Counted from the first letter of the stretch, positions 26,414-41,032 are shown. The stretch: DNA of 64,000 nucleotides from Eledone cirrhosa (GCA_964016885.1 OZ024761.1:18228001-18292000), one strand, 5' to 3'. Made by a program: numbers and translations. The notes: a model not told the origin generated them from the sequence alone.

Positions 26414-26786
26414 ATTACTTTCACTGTTCTTTCTAGCATAAAAAAGAAAAACCGGAAGGGTAGAAAATTGAAAAACTTCTTCTTTTTCCCTCCTCTAACT
26501 CTTCAAACAAAAGGAAATTTTATGTAAACAAAAACGAAATTTTTGCCAAGAAAGATAACTCTTCTCTGACTTAAATCCAAAATTGGGATACAAAATAAAT
26601 TCCGCAATTTTTTGTATCCCAATTTTGGATTTAAGTCAGAGAAGAGTTATCTTTCTTGGCAAAAATTTCGTTTTTGTTTACATAAAATTTTCTTTTGTTT
26701 GAAAAGTTAGAGGGGGGAAAAAGAAGAAGTTTTTCAATTTTCTCCACTTCCGGTTTTTTCTAGTGTATACTGGAAATAGCAGTCAA

Positions 26787-26790
<4 letters not shown>
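26414..26790. repeat. Long palindrome, unit 5
   Basis: Same inverted arms and spacer. Confidence 0.97.
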
Positions 26791-26835
<45 letters not shown>

Positions 26836-27837
26836 TTTTTTGTGACAATATATATTGTTTTAACGCTAGATTATTAACAACAATATATTGTATTTGTTGG
26901 CCTATTGGACGCATAAGACGCTCACTCGATTTTTATTATATTTTACGTTGTATTTTGAGGTTTATAGGCATTTCTATGGACCACCTACAATATTCGCGGT
27001 TTTCCACTGTTCTCGGGTTCTCTAGGACTGTAAACCCCACGAATGCCGGGGGAGGGGTAATTGTATATGAATATATCGACTAATAATATACAGTATAATT
27101 ATACGAGTATGCATATACATTGCAATATATATATACACTAATATATATATACATATTTACACATATATGTACATATATATATATATAGACACACATGTAT
27201 ATATATATATGCATGTATGTATATATGTATACATATATATACATATATATATATGCATGTATGTATATACATATATATATATATACATAGACCATGTGTA
27301 TGTGTGTGTGTGTGTGTGTGTGTACATTCTTAGGTATATACATATATATTTATACACACATACAAATATATATATTTCTATGAGTCACGGTTTATTACAC
27401 ATTGGAGACAGAGTGAGAGATTTAGCTGTCATTTTTAGCAGATTTAGAAACTTCGCAAACGCTTTATTTTTTTCTTATTGCCGGTACTCTGAACACGATT
27501 TGAAATGACTGGAGTGAGTTTATAAAAGGGTAAACTGAAATAGTTGCACCGGTAATATATTTAGTGTTACACCGGTATTTTTGAAACAATATCTTTTCGC
27601 ATTCGCTTGTAAGAGGTAACGTTTTCTATGCCGTCTCTGTTAGTGTAGAACTGTAGGTTGACTTGCTTGGTTTTTACAACTCTTTGTCAACATGCATATT
27701 ATTATTATATACTTACAAACACACTTACATATATATTTATACACATATAGGATTTTACTAAGTTTTTATTCTTTCTAATGTGAAGAGATAGAAATAAGTT
27801 TAAACTAAAGTATAACGATATAACAGTATATAATAGT

Positions 27838-28391
27838 TTTCTCCATTTTATTGAGATGCAAACGTTTTAAAGAAAAAACATGACAGTATAAGAAATATTT
27901 ACTATCATAATATATAATATTTCAGGTAGTATGGTCGTTTCTCTTATCTTCCATCTAGTTGTAGATTCTTCATATCCTCTCTAGCCATAATTATGTCGTC
28001 GACATATGCATAAGTTTGATTTCTTCTTGAATGAATTGCAAATCTTGAGGTAGCCTTCTTGGTACATTTATTAGCTTTAATTCGTGTTTACACTGCTTGT
28101 AATAATTCTTACGTTTTTTACTTTGGATGAAACATATATATGAAAACGTCTGACTTTAGTATACCTTTAAGTTTGATTTCAATAGAAAAATACTTACTGA
28201 ACATGTGTAACACAATTATAACTGGAGCTACTAAGTTCCTAGCCACTAGAAAATCTATTTGATAGAAGTTATTTCCTAGTTCTATGCACTGTCAATATCC
28301 CCTCTACTTTTTATATGCTTGTGTTTGTTAAAGAAACATTCTCTGATTTAGAAACCACGATCTTCTCGCACCATCGTTGTAGTAATTCTTG
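27838..28391 (-). pseudogene. Degenerate Gypsy-type RT core, unit 5
   Basis: Copy of 2942-3493; YVDD at 27995-28006. Confidence 0.65.
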
Positions 28392-31300
28392 TTAAATGTT
28401 TTGTCTGGTCTATTGTCACTAAGTGGCCTTGTTTTCTGATTATTAATAAAGTTAAGTGGTCTACTGAATTGTCTAAATTATTGCCTATTTATAAGTTTTG
28501 TTTAACTGCCGATAACTTTAAAATCTATTTCTTAGGTTGCTAAGGCCTACAAACCTTATATCAGTGTCCCTTCTTTTGACACTTTCTACGAGTGAATCCT
28601 TAATTTGACATTTTATTTTGGGTTGTACTGCCTTATCCCACCTATAACAGCTTGAAGCAGATATAGTAAAAACAGGTACTTGACTGTGGAGATTAATATG
28701 AGTTAGATTGAACAAACCTCAACAATTATATTCAACATTACAGAAGAAAAAGGAATTATAAGTAAAGTGCAAAATTAACGTTTAAAGACAAAAGTATTTC
28801 TCTTTCTCTCTGGCAAAATAAATCAGCTGTTTTTAGACCTGGAGGAGGGGAGGATTGACTCAGTCAGGTTTAAGTGCCCATATGACGGTAATTACGGCAC
28901 CCCTACAACAACAGTTAAATGTCTATAACCACCACGCATTTATGAGACTAAAAACCTTGATAGTGTATTTTTATTTTGGTACAAAAGTTTTTTAAATAAT
29001 TTCATCAGTTTTAAATTCAAGTAAGTCCAATATAATGTATTTAAACGAATCGAGAGATAGGATTTCAATATCTGCCAGAGCTTATGAAATAGTAAAACAA
29101 TTTTTTTGTTTTCAATTATGTCAAATACCAAAAGTTGTTCTTTATTAAAGAAATGCTAAAATAGATTTAGTTAGTATGACTCTGAAATGTGTTCATAAAC
29201 GGTAATGATATGTTTTCCTGAGAGCCTGTCTGTCTTACAGTATGTTTACACACAATACATACATGCATATACATAAATTAATTGTTTATTAGCTATATTC
29301 ATCTGTTTACACTCCTCGTAATAATTCGAGCGGTTTTGTTTTTGTTTTTTCTTCAGGAGAGACGTAGATAGAAAAACGTTTGTGGCTTTAGTATTGCTTA
29401 TTTTTAAGTTTTGTTTAATTGCCGATAAATTTGAAATATATTTGTTAGGTTTCTTAGAACTACAAATCTTTCTTATGACACTTACTACGGAATAAATTCT
29501 TAGCTGGATACTTTACTTTGTGATTACTTTCCTCCCAAAGCCATAACAGCTTGAATGAGATGTAGCAAAAACTTGTGAAGACTGACATGAGTTATGTTGA
29601 ATATAAGTGTAGACATAAAATATTTTTGTTTATTCAATCTAAAGGGAAGGCAAAAGAATTATAAGTCAAGTGCAAAATTAACGTTTAAAGGTATAAGAAA
29701 GGTATCTCGCTTTCTCTCCTGTAAAATAAATAGGCTGTTTTTAGTCCAGGAGGATGGGAGGATTGACTCAGTCAGATTTAAATGCACACATGACGGTAAA
29801 TACGACAGTCCTACAACAACAGTTAAGTGTCTATAACAACCATGCATTTAAGAGACTGAAAACCTTACTAATTTGTTTTTATTTTGGTACATGAAAACAA
29901 AATTTAAAAACAAATTATATATTTAATTTCCTGTAAGTCAAATACAATGTATTTAAATGAATCTACAGATGGAGTTGCAATATCTGCCAGGACTTTGGAA
30001 ATAGTGAAATATATAAAAATATTTAATTAAAACTACTTTTCAAAGGAATAATAAAGATATATACACACACACACATCTCTAGAGGAGATATTTCTGAGAT
30101 TGGAAACCCTATCGATGTATGTATTTTGTCACTGAAAAGTTATCAAAAAATTATTATTATATATACATGTTTGTGTTTTTGACGTAAGTAAAACGAATCT
30201 ATATACGAGGTTTTCGATACCTGCCAGAGCTTATGAAATAGTAAAAGAATATTTTTATTTTTCAATTATGTCAAACATCGTATGTGGTTCTTTATTAAAG
30301 AAATGCTAAAATAGATTTAAATATATGAAATTTGCACAGTAGAATTACGGCCGCTTGGCGGGCGTCTGGTAAAGTGGTGGTAGTGTAGGTTCGAGCGGAG
30401 GGGAAACTAAAAAGGTGGCTCAGAGATGATCGTGGCCCCGGGTAGCTCAGAAGATAGAGACCAATCTCTTAAATTAAAAAAATAAAAATGTTTTAAACAT
30501 AAGATAAAGTAGAAGATCGAAACCCTATCTCCACAACTACCCACACGACCACCTACAGACCAACAATTACGGAGTGAAAATAAACACATTTAAAGCTATT
30601 TTATTGTTAGACTAAAAATAAGTTTATATATGTAAATATTCAAAAGAAAATCACTTCAGTCTTTATAGTCTAGTGGTAAGACATAGGACTGGGGAATGCC
30701 TTGTTTGGATTTCGAATCAACTTAAAACATTAATTTTTTTTATCCTCACACTGTAAGGAATTTGTTTGATTTGAACACGTAGTCATACCATTTACAGCTT
30801 TATTTTTCTCTTTCTAGTGGTAACACAGTCAGCATATAAGTAAACGTGATTCACTTCAACACGTTGCCATACCATTTAAAACTTTATTTGGAGATGAGAC
30901 AAAGACACATAAATACACCAAGTAGTAAACCCTTGATTTAACTTACTATGAAGATGAAGAATGTCTTAATATCAAAGTGACGTTAAATTTAGGGGCCACT
31001 TTCATCGTTTTTAATTTACAGAAACTCCTTAATATAACACAATGTACAAGATATATATATATCAGAAGGAATATTTTTTATTTTCTTGTTCCGTCAAACC
31101 TTGCGTTTATTCTACACACACACACACACGTCGAAACACTTGCTTGAGGTGGCTTTCTTAGACATAATGAGAAGTGTTGGCTTTGTGGAGATTGATACAA
31201 CTTTGGGTGATGTTACGAGGAGGGGCAAGGCTATAGAGAGTGTCTGTCTTAGTGGAAGAGATGATATCAGAGCAGTAACCACCAAAGAGATGAAATTAGT

Positions 31301-32652
31301 GACTGAGATGCTATCATTGCATAGTTAAGAACATATATAACAAACATATACTATAAATTTAACAAGTCAAACTACAGTTATACTCTAACACGGAAGACAA
31401 ATAAAACTTTACCTCTCTCATGCACGTCGTATCCAGTGTGTTGTTATAAGAAACCGGTGAAACACTAAATATGCCACCAGTGTAGCGATTTTATACTCTC
31501 TCTCTGCTTCATCGTACCACCCAGTAACATGAAACTGTGTTCAAATCCCTGGGAGGTAGAATTACGTCGCTTTAAATAAACACACTGGGGTCAGTTTGAA
31601 TATTGATTTCATGTGAAAAATATAAACATATTATGATTGTACTCCGAACTATCAATATTGAAACAATTTTAATGTGCCAATAAAATTTATATATATATAC
31701 AGCAACAGTGTTTTCGATCTTTCTTACTTTTTTTATTCACATTCTACAGTCACTTTAACTCTGTAATAAAACCCAACACGAGACGAACGTTAACTGCAGT
31801 TACCCACGAAATTAACGCACACACAAATGAATATATACATATATACTACCAAAATGTATTTAAAATAAAAAAATAAATACTTAAATTCAATGTATGTATA
31901 ATTACACATACAATATGTTTTGTTGTAAGACCCTAAATAATGATTTAAGAAATGATGTCAATCTCTTTGTACAGAGATAAACATTAATTTATGTGTGTGC
32001 GTATATACTCCATTTAAGACAGCGAAAAAAACCAGTACCTCCTTCGAAGAATGCCAAATAGCTTATGCCTCAGGGATACCGGTGTAACACTAATTAAGTT
32101 ACCGGTGTAGATATTTCAGTTGAACCCTGCTTCAACAAACTACCCGGTAATTTGAAATCAAGTTTAGAGTGAGGGGTGTAAAACTGAATTCTGTTTGGAA
32201 AATAGTAAATTCTAAACCTGCTAGAAATAGCAGCCAAATGTCGTACTTTGGGTACGAGGTGCGACTCGTCTTACCTCTTCTAATATATATATATATATAT
32301 ATATAAATATATATATGTGTGTGTGTGTGTAGAATCACGGGTCGCGTCGGAGAGAAACCACAATAAATACAATGTACTCAATAGATTGGCACAGTATATA
32401 TATATATGTGGGTGTGTGTGTACATATAAATATGTGTGTGTGTGTGTGTGTATGTATATATATATGTGTATAAATGCATATATACATATAAATACTTATA
32501 TATATACATAAACATATGTATACATACACATATATATAGATATATATGTGTGTATATATATATATCTGTGTGTCTATTTCTATATATATATATATAAATA
32601 TATATAATTATTACTTAGGTTCTAAGGAATATTCCGCGAATGTCGGGGTTTA

Positions 32653-32702
<50 letters not shown>

Positions 32703-32712
32703 ATACATATAT

Positions 32713-33088
32713 ATTACTTTCACTGTTATTTCTAGCATACACTAGAAAAAGCCGGAAGTGGAGAAAATTGAAAAACATCTTCTTTTTCCCCCCTTTAACT
32801 TTTCAAACAAAAGGAAATTTTATGTAAACAAAAACGAAATTTTTGCCAAGAAAGATAACTCTTCTCTGACTTAAATCCAAAATTGGGATACAAAAAATTG
32901 CGGATTTTTTGTATCCCAATTTTGCATTTAAGTCAGAGAAGAGTTATCTTTCTTGGCAAAAATTTCGTTTTTGTTTACATAAAATTCTCTTTTGTTTGAA
33001 AAGTTAAAGGGGGGAAAAAGAAGATGTTTTTCAATTTTCTCCCCTTCCGGTTTTTCTTTTTTATGCTAGAAAGAACAGTGAAAGTAAT
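32713..33088. repeat. Long palindrome in flipped orientation; centre of the array-terminal inversion
   Basis: Spacer reads AATTGCGGATT (reverse-complement form of AATTCCGCAATT), and the outer arms are swapped relative to units 1-5. Confidence 0.93.
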
Positions 33089-33098
33089 AAATATGTAT

Positions 33099-33144
<46 letters not shown>

Positions 33145-35751
33145 TAAACCCCTACATTCGCGGAATATTCCTTAGAATATATATATAGAAATAGACACAC
33201 AGATATATATATATACACACATATATATCTATATATGTGTGTATGTATACATATGTTTATCTATATATATAAGTATTTATATGTATATATACATTTATAC
33301 ATATATATATATACATACACACACACACACATATTTATATGTACACACACACACGCATATATATATATACTGTGCCAATCTATTGAGTACATTGTATTTA
33401 TTGTGGTTTCTCTCCGACGCAACCCGTGAATCTACACACACACACATATATATATATTAGAAGAGGTAAGACGAGTCGCACCTCGTACTCAAAGTACGAC
33501 ATTTGGCTGCTATTTCTAGCAGGTTTAGAATTTACTATTTTCCAAACAGAATTCTGTTTTACACCCCTCACTCTGAACTCGATTTCAAATTACCGGGTAG
33601 TTTGTTGAAGCAGGGTTCAACTGAAATATCTACACCGGTAACTTAATTAGTGTTACACCATTATCTCTGAGTCATAAACTGTTTGACATTCTTTGAAGGA
33701 GGTACTGGTTTTTTAGCTGTCTTAAATGGACTATATACGCACACAATGCATATACATAAATTAATGTTTTTCTCTACAAAAAGATTGACATCATTTCTTA
33801 AATCATTATTTAGTGTTTTACAACAAAACATATTGTATGTGTAGTTATACATAGAATTTAAGTATTTATTTTTTTATTTTACATACACTTTAGTAGTATA
33901 TATATATATTCATTTGTGTGTGCGTTAATTTCGTGGGTAACTGCAGTTAACGTTCGTCTCGTGTTGGGTTTTATTCCAGAGTTAAAGCGACTGAAGAGTG
34001 TGAATAAAAAAAGTAAGAAAGATCGAAAACACTGTTGCTGTATATATATATATAAATTTTATTGGCACATTAGAATTGTTTCAATATTGATAGTTCGGAG
34101 TACAATCATAATATGTATATATTTTTCACATGAAATCAATATTCAAACTGACCCCAGTGTTTTTATTATAAAGCGACGTAATTCTACCTCCCAGGGATTT
34201 GAACACAGTTTCATGTTACTGGGTGGTACGATGAAGTAGAGAGAGTATAAAACCGCTACACTGGTGGCATATTTAGTGTTTCACCGGTTTTCTTATAACA
34301 ACACACTGGATACGATGTGCATGATAGAGGTAAAGTTTTATTTGTCTTCCGTGTTAGAGTATAACTGTAGTTTGACTTGTTAAATTTATAGAACATGTTT
34401 GTTATATATATTCTTAACATAGCTAAGATTCCATCTCCATTACTGATTTCATCTGTTCGGAGCTTACTGCTCTCGTGTCTTCTAAGACACTCTCGACACC
34501 TTTGCATCTCCTTCTTTCGTCACAAACCCGACACTTCTCATTATATCCAGTTTTTGTGGATAATGTCGGCTTCATAGAACTCCTTCTTTACGTCATTCTA
34601 TAAAATGTAGGTTTCCAACAGTTTAAGTACATGGAACTCCGTTTAGGTCTTTTTATAAAAAAAAGGAAGCCCCCACTCCTAAGAAAGTGTTTCGGCCACA
34701 CGTGTGTCGAGTAAACGCAAGGTTTGACAAAACAATAAAATAAAAAATAATTCTTTCTGACAATTATATCTTGTACATTGTATTATATTAAGAGGCTTCT
34801 GTACATTAAAAACAATAAAAATGAACCCCTAGATTTAAGGAAACGTTGATATTAACAGACATACTCCATCTTCATAGTAAGTTAAATCAAGGGTTTACTA
34901 CTTAGTGCAGTTATGTGTCTTTGTCTTATCTCCAAATAAAGTTTCAAATGGTATGAATATGTGTTGAAATGAAACAAGTTTATTTATTTCCTGACAGTCT
35001 TAGCTCTAGGGAGAGAGAAAATAAAGTTTTAAATGGTATGACTACGTGGTGAAATGCAACAAGTTTATTTCCCGATTGTCCTAGGTCTAGAGAGAGAGAA
35101 AATAGAGTTTTAAATTGTATGACTACGTGTTCAAAAGAAGCAAGTTCCTCTCCGGCCTGATAATTAAAATAAAAATCAAATTATAAGTCGATTCGAAAGC
35201 CAACCAGAGCATTCCCTAGTTCTATGTCTTACCACTGGACTACAAAGACCAAGACAATTCTTTGGTCAATATTTATATATATAAACTTATTTTCAGTCTA
35301 ATAGTAAAATAGCTTTAAGTATGTTAATTTTCAATGTGTTTGTCGAGCTGTAGGTGGCCGTGTGGGTAGTTGTGGTGTATCTATGCATAATTTATGTATG
35401 TTGGAGGTAGGGTTTCGATCTCCTTTGTTTAAAATAATGTTCTCTACCTTTTGGGCCACCTTTTTAGTTCCCTCTTCGCTACCTAGGTACACAACCACTA
35501 CCTACGATACCACACGACCACCAAGCGGTTGTAATTCTATTGTGCAAATTTAATATATTTTATAATTTCTTTCATAAAGAACCACATACTGTGTTTGACA
35601 TATTTGAAAAAGAAAAAAAAAAAAACATTTTACTATTTCATAACCAAGCATTTAAACGTGGCTGAGACAATGTCCTTCCCCTGGTCTGAAAACAGCCGCT
35701 TTATTTTTACCCAGGGAGAAAGAAAGATACTTTTATTATTTCTTTAAACGT

Positions 35752-35944
35752 CGGGCGGTGGATTGGCAGTATCGGTAGAGGGTCGGACGCCATGCTTTCC
35801 AGCATAGTCACGTCCCTTTACGATCTGAGTTCAAATCCCGCCGAGGTTGACTTTGCCTTTCATCCTTACGGGGGTCGATAAAATAAAGTACCAGTAATGT
35901 TCTGGTTAATTGCTGGCCTTGTGCCTAAAGTAGAAACAATTATT
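35752..35944 (+). mobile_element. tRNA-derived SINE family 1 with target-site duplication
   Basis: A/B boxes (TGGCAGTATCGG, GAGTTCAAATCC), core GCCTTTCATCCTTACGGGGGTCGATAAAATAAAGTACCAG, and a flanking duplication of about ATTATTTCTTTAAACGT; inserted into the family B copy. Confidence 0.88.
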
Positions 35945-36254
35945 TCTTTAAACGTTAATTTTGTACTTGACTTATAATACCGGTTTCTTCTCTTTAGATT
36001 GAATAAAGAACATTTTACGTCTACAATTATATTCAACATAACTCATGTTAGTCTTCACAGTCACGGACCTGTTTTTACTATATCTGCTTATGGGTGGGGA
36101 GGGGCAGTACAACCCCAAAATAAGTCCATTTAAGGATTCACTCGGTAGAAAGTGTCAAAAGAAGGAACACTGGTATAAGGTTTTTAGGTCTAAGCAGCCT
36201 AACAAATAGATTTCAAAGTTATCGGCAACTAAACAAAACTTTAAAATAAGCAAT

Positions 36255-36572
36255 AATGGTTTCTTATATAGGCACAAGGCGAGCAATTTGGTAGGGGGGG
36301 GGGGACGATTAAATCGACCACAGTGCGTGACTGGTACTTTATTTTATCCAGCACGTAAGGATGAAAGACAAAGTTAACCTCGGCGGGATTTGAGCTTAAA
36401 TCATAAAGGGTCATAACTCTATGCTGCAAAGCATGGCGTCCGACCCTCTACCAATACTGACAAAAGCAATAAATTGTTTCTATTTTTGGCATAAGGCCAG
36501 TAATTATCTCAGTGCATTACTGGTACCTTATTTTATCGACCCCGTAAGGATGAAAGGTAATGTTAACCTCAA
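36255..36572 (-). mobile_element. SINE family 1, one near-full and one partial copy
   Basis: Two reverse-complement cores CTGGTAC.TT.ATTTTATC...GGATGAAAG. Confidence 0.8.
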
Positions 36573-36717
36573 TAATGAAGTCAATTCTGACCAAGATTAG
36601 ACAACTCTCACATCCATATTAGCCTCTGTTAATTCAGGAGACCACTTAATTTTATTTATTAATAATTACAAAACAAGGCCACTTATTGTCACTAGAACAG
36701 TGGAAACATTCATTTAA

Positions 36718-37258
36718 CAGGAATTGCTACAGCGATGGTGCGAAAAGATCAGGGTTTCTAAACTAAATCAGAGAATGTTTCTTTAACAAACACAAGCATA
36801 TAAAAAGTAGAAGGGATATTGACAGTGCATAGAACTAGGAAAAAACTTCTATCAAATAGATTTTCTAGTGGCTTGGAACTTAGTAGCTCCAGTTATAATT
36901 GTGTTACACATGTTCAGTAAGTATATTTTTATTGATATCAAACTTAAAGGTATACTAAAGCCTCATACGTTTTTATATATATGTTTCAGCTTAAGTTTTA
37001 AAAAAACGTACGAATTATTACAAGCAGTGTAAACACGAATTAAAGATAATAAATGTACCAAGAAGGCGACCTCAAGATTTTCACTTCATTTAAGATGAAA
37101 TCAAACTTATGCATATGTCGACGACATCATTATGGCTGGAAAGAACATTCACTGAACATCACGAATCTACTAGAGGCGGAAGACAAGAGAAACGACCATC
37201 CTACCTGAAATATTATGTTATGATAAAACGTTTGAATCTCAATAAAGTGGAGAAAACT
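36718..37258 (+). pseudogene. Degenerate Gypsy-type RT core, inverted copy
   Basis: QELLQRWCEK..; KVEGILTVHRTRK..MFSKYIFIDIK; IINVP; YAYVDDIIMAGKN (YVDD 37114-37125) / FTEHHE; KRLNLNKVEK. Confidence 0.68.
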
Positions 37259-37339
37259 GTTGTATGTTGTTGTTATATCATTATACTTTAGCTTGATTTA
37301 TTTCTATCTCTTCCCATAAGAAATAATACAACTTAATAG

Positions 37340-37468
37340 TTGTTTCTACTTTTGGCACAAGGCCAGCAATTATCCCAGTGCATTACTGGTACTTTATTTT
37401 ATCGACCCCGTAAGGATGAAAGGCAAAGTTAACCTCGGCGGGATTTGAACTCAGATCGCAAAGAGACG
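37340..37468 (-). mobile_element. SINE family 1, 5'-truncated
   Basis: Reverse-complement core and B box. Confidence 0.82.
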
Positions 37469-37834
37469 TAAAACCCTATCAGTGTATGGAAATGTGCGTA
37501 TGAGAGTATATAATAATAATAATATATATGTTGACAACAAGTTGTATAAACGAAGCAAGTCAAGCTGCAGTTATACACTAAGAAAGACGGCTTAAAACGT
37601 TACCTTTTACAAACGTATGTCAAAGATATTGTTTCGGAAAAACCGGTGTAACACTAATTACGTTACCGGTGCAACTATTTTAGTTTACCCTTCTTTAAAC
37701 TCACTCCAGTCATTTCAAATCGTATTCAGAGTACCGGGAATAAGAAAAATAAACCGTTTGCCGAAGTTTTTAAATCTACTAAAAATAGCAGTCATATCTC
37801 TCATTTTCGCTCCAAGGTGTAATAAGCCGTGACA

Positions 37835-38345
37835 TCTAGATATATAAAACTGAGGATGTCTGTCTGTGTGTGTGTAAGTTTGAATCCCTAAAACTCGAGA
37901 ACCACCAACCGATTGTTTTCAAACTTTACACATGTAATACTTATGTTTCAGGGAATGTTCTGAGCAAAAGAAATTTCAAATTTTCAATGCCCTAGGGACT
38001 GCATTAGGCGATTTAGCGATCTCTCTCTCTATAATTCTTAGTCTTTCACTTTTTAAATAGATACATACATATAACGTCGCGCCCTTATAATATCTGTCTG
38101 TATGTCTGACTGTCTGCATTACGTCACTTCCCACAATTCCCTCTCTGTCCAGAACGCGCCCTTATAATATCTGTCTGTATGTCTGGCTGTCTGTTGCCCG
38201 CATTAGGTGAAAAATTTCATTTTTTCAGCTTTTTAGGGCTTTTTTGAGGCGTCTATCCGATTTTCCCGAAATTTCACATTAAAAAAATTCATTTTCTTGA
38301 TCCCCTAGGGCCCCACATTAGGTGAAAACCTGCATTTTTCCTGCT
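37835..38345 (+). mobile_element. Probable non-autonomous Helitron-like element at the end of the inverted arm
   Basis: Starts A-TCTAGATATATAAAA...GTCTGTCTGTGTGTG...AACCGATTG...AAACTTTACAC, a pattern typical of Helitron 5' ends; internal duplications CGCGCCCTTATAATATCTGTCTG and CATTAGGTGAAAA. No 3' CTAG end seen. Confidence 0.5.
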
Positions 38346-38399
38346 ATATATGTATTATATATATATATATATATATGGATATATATATATATCCATATA

Positions 38400-38724
38400 T
38401 ATGGCTTAGTGGTTAGAGCATTGGCCTTGCAATCGAAAGGTTGTGAGTTCAATTCTCAGACCGGGTGATGTGTTGTTTCCTTGAGCAAGACACTTTATTT
38501 CACATTGCTCCAGTTTACTCAGCTGTAGAAATGAGATGATAGGGACTGCAAAGTGGTCGTGGAGGTGCCACAGCCAAAAAAAGCACCCAGTACTCACTGT
38601 AAATGAGGTTGGTGTTCGGAAGGGCATCCAGCTGTAGAAATCAAGCCAGAATCAGTTCCCGTCCCACCCTTGCAAGCAGGGAAAAAGCGGACGTAAAATG
38701 AAATGATGATGATGATGATGATGA
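38400..38724 (+). mobile_element. tRNA-derived SINE family 2 with RTE-like tail
   Basis: TGGCTTAGTGGTTAGAGC A box, GAGTTCAATTC B box, CCTTGAGCAAGACAC core, tail CCCGTCCCACCCTTGCAAGCAGGG...(ATG)n. Confidence 0.9.
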
Positions 38725-39228
38725 TATATATGCACATATAGAATTCACAGGAATCAAAGTTATGTTCAAAGCATTTATTCACTTACAATTGTTTCATCCA
38801 AACCTAGGCTTGGAGTCTTTGTAGCATTTTTCAATGTTTGTACATATAATTGACCTCCTATCCAACGCAAGAGACATACAGACACATATATATATATTGA
38901 TGTACAGTGGAGTGACATATATTATACTATACTATTTTTGTATAGCAATTCAAAATCAAAATCAAAATTAAAATACATTCGGCAGATAACACAGATAATG
39001 AAAGAGGATAGTTTGATAGTCAGGTCTAGTAGGTAGTGTATGCGTTAGTTACACATGGAGCATACAAGTGTGTCTCTGACCTTCACTGTTTAGGGTTTAA
39101 AATATACATAATTATAAAAAGTTTTAATATATACATAACCATAAATAGTATCCCTAATATTATATATACATATATAATATGTCTATATATTATATATACA
39201 TATATAATATGTTATATAAAATATAATA

Positions 39229-39352
39229 TTTACGATCTGAGTTCAAATCCCGCCAAGGTTGACTTTGCCTTTCATCCTTACGGGGGTCAATAAAATAAAG
39301 TACCAGTAATGAACTGGGTAATTGCTGGCCTTGTGCCTAAAGTAGAAACAAT

Positions 39353-39353
<1 letters not shown>
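39229..39353 (+). mobile_element. SINE family 1, 5'-truncated
   Basis: Matches 35818-35944. Confidence 0.85.
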
Positions 39354-39393
<40 letters not shown>

Positions 39394-39399
39394 CACATA

Positions 39400-39592
39400 T
39401 GTATATATACATACATATATATATATAGATACATTTATATACAACACATGTATATATACATACATATATATATAGATACATTTATATACAACACATATGT
39501 ATATATACATACATATATATATAGATACATTTATATACAACACATATGTATATATACATACATATATATATAGATACATTTATATACATACA
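39400..39592. repeat. AT-rich minisatellite (ATAGATACATTTATATACAACACATATGT..., about 4 copies)
   Basis: Direct tandem copies visible. Confidence 0.85.
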
Positions 39593-40362
39593 TATGACAG
39601 TCGGTTGACTTTCGTCAAATTGGACCAAGGAAACAATGTTTCCACTGGTCTTTCCAATTGCTAATACTATCTATCAGTCGCAACTCCAGGTAGAAGGAGC
39701 ATACATATATACATACATACATATATATATATACCCTTGCAAGCAGGGAAGAGCGGACGTATAATGATGATGATGATGATGATATATATATATAACCAAA
39801 TATAAAAGAAAGATAAACTCAGATATAAAGATATATATGTTCAAATTTTGTAGAGCTAATTTAAATGTTGTGTAAACTTGGCTGCTCTTTTTAGTACTAT
39901 ATGTTTATGAGACACGCTAGGGTCTGGTGCCATGTGTGTTATTTTATATTCGCACACTATTCAGTCTTCTGAGATACTTAGAAGTGAAGGGTTTACTAAT
40001 TTTACACCCACTGATGAACAAAGAATTGGTAATTCCCTTTGCTAAAATTGCCAAAAGCTGTCTGGGTGTTAGGCAGTTGCCCAATATCAGTTTGTATTTA
40101 TTTTCTTGATTTATTCTTTTAAATTGAGTCTGGCAAACCTTATTGTTAATAGTTAGTATTTTTTTCACCCCACTGGATCTGGTCCCTCACGATTTGAACA
40201 ATTATATGTTTATCTCTCTTTTATATTCAATTATATTACACTTCTCAGAAAAACGTCTTTCTTTGAGCTATTTAATTGTAAGAGATTATTTTGAGTTTCT
40301 AACTTAATATAAACCTTTGATATATATATATGCATATACATATATATATATATACATATTTA

Positions 40363-40433
40363 CAAGGTGCCCCCCATAAATGTATACATACTTCAACAGC
40401 ATTTAATCAAATTGTGTATACATTTTTGGGACA

Positions 40434-40437
<4 letters not shown>
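40363..40437. mobile_element. Miniature Tc1/mariner-type MITE
   Basis: Inverted termini CAAGGTGCCCCCCATAAATGTATACA / TGTATACATTTTTGGGACATCTG, flanked by TA. Confidence 0.7.
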
Positions 40438-40479
<42 letters not shown>

Positions 40480-41032
40480 GAAAAAAATATATTTTTCTTC
40501 CTAATAATCGTCTCTTTCTCTCTGTTTTCATATATATATATATATTTATATATAATTGGTTGTTTAAAAACCTTGTTGAGTTTCCCTTGAGACTGTGAAT
40601 AAATCCTTTATTCCCACTTTTGAATGTACCTGCCAATACTTGAGAAACTGACCTGACCTTCCTCTTTTTGAGAAATGACATGTGACCTCACTGCCAAATT
40701 TACTGTTACAGTTAAATGGTAGTGTTATCTCAGAGCCCGATGAAAGTGGATAATTGAAACAAAAAACCTGTTGACGAAGGGAAATCACTATTTCATCTTA
40801 GGATGCATTAACTTACATATACATTACGTAACTCGGAGTGTAACTTCCAGATTCCCAGAAACCTATCGAAGATATTTATCAATTAACATCTATCGATCAG
40901 ACCCAGTTCGTCTTTTACCTGTCCGTATTTTTCGTTGCTGTACTATTGATGTGGTAACATGCCTCTGGTCTCATTATTCATAGTGTCTTTATTACTTAAC
41001 TTCTTGTGTTCACTCTGGGGAGAAATTTATTA

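Larger units (their letters stand above)
33090..37832 (-). repeat. Inverted, more diverged copy of the array unit (right arm of a ~10 kb palindrome)
   Basis: Reverse complement of the unit from hairpin back through A2, A1, tRNA-like cassette, a single B copy, RT and A3. ORF 33916-34239(+) mirrors 302-580(-). Carries SINE insertions absent from the array. Confidence 0.93.

Noticed and set aside
38783-38826. Minus-strand hammerhead-like motif (similar cases at ~42388-42430 and ~47878-47925)
   Set aside because: GAAAC..GU(A/C) and some stems are present, but the CUGANGA core is mutated or stem I is missing; at best decayed relics.
39850-40760. Possible Penelope ORF fragments on the minus strand
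   Set aside because: Only vague resemblance; no diagnostic RT or GIY-YIG motif readable.
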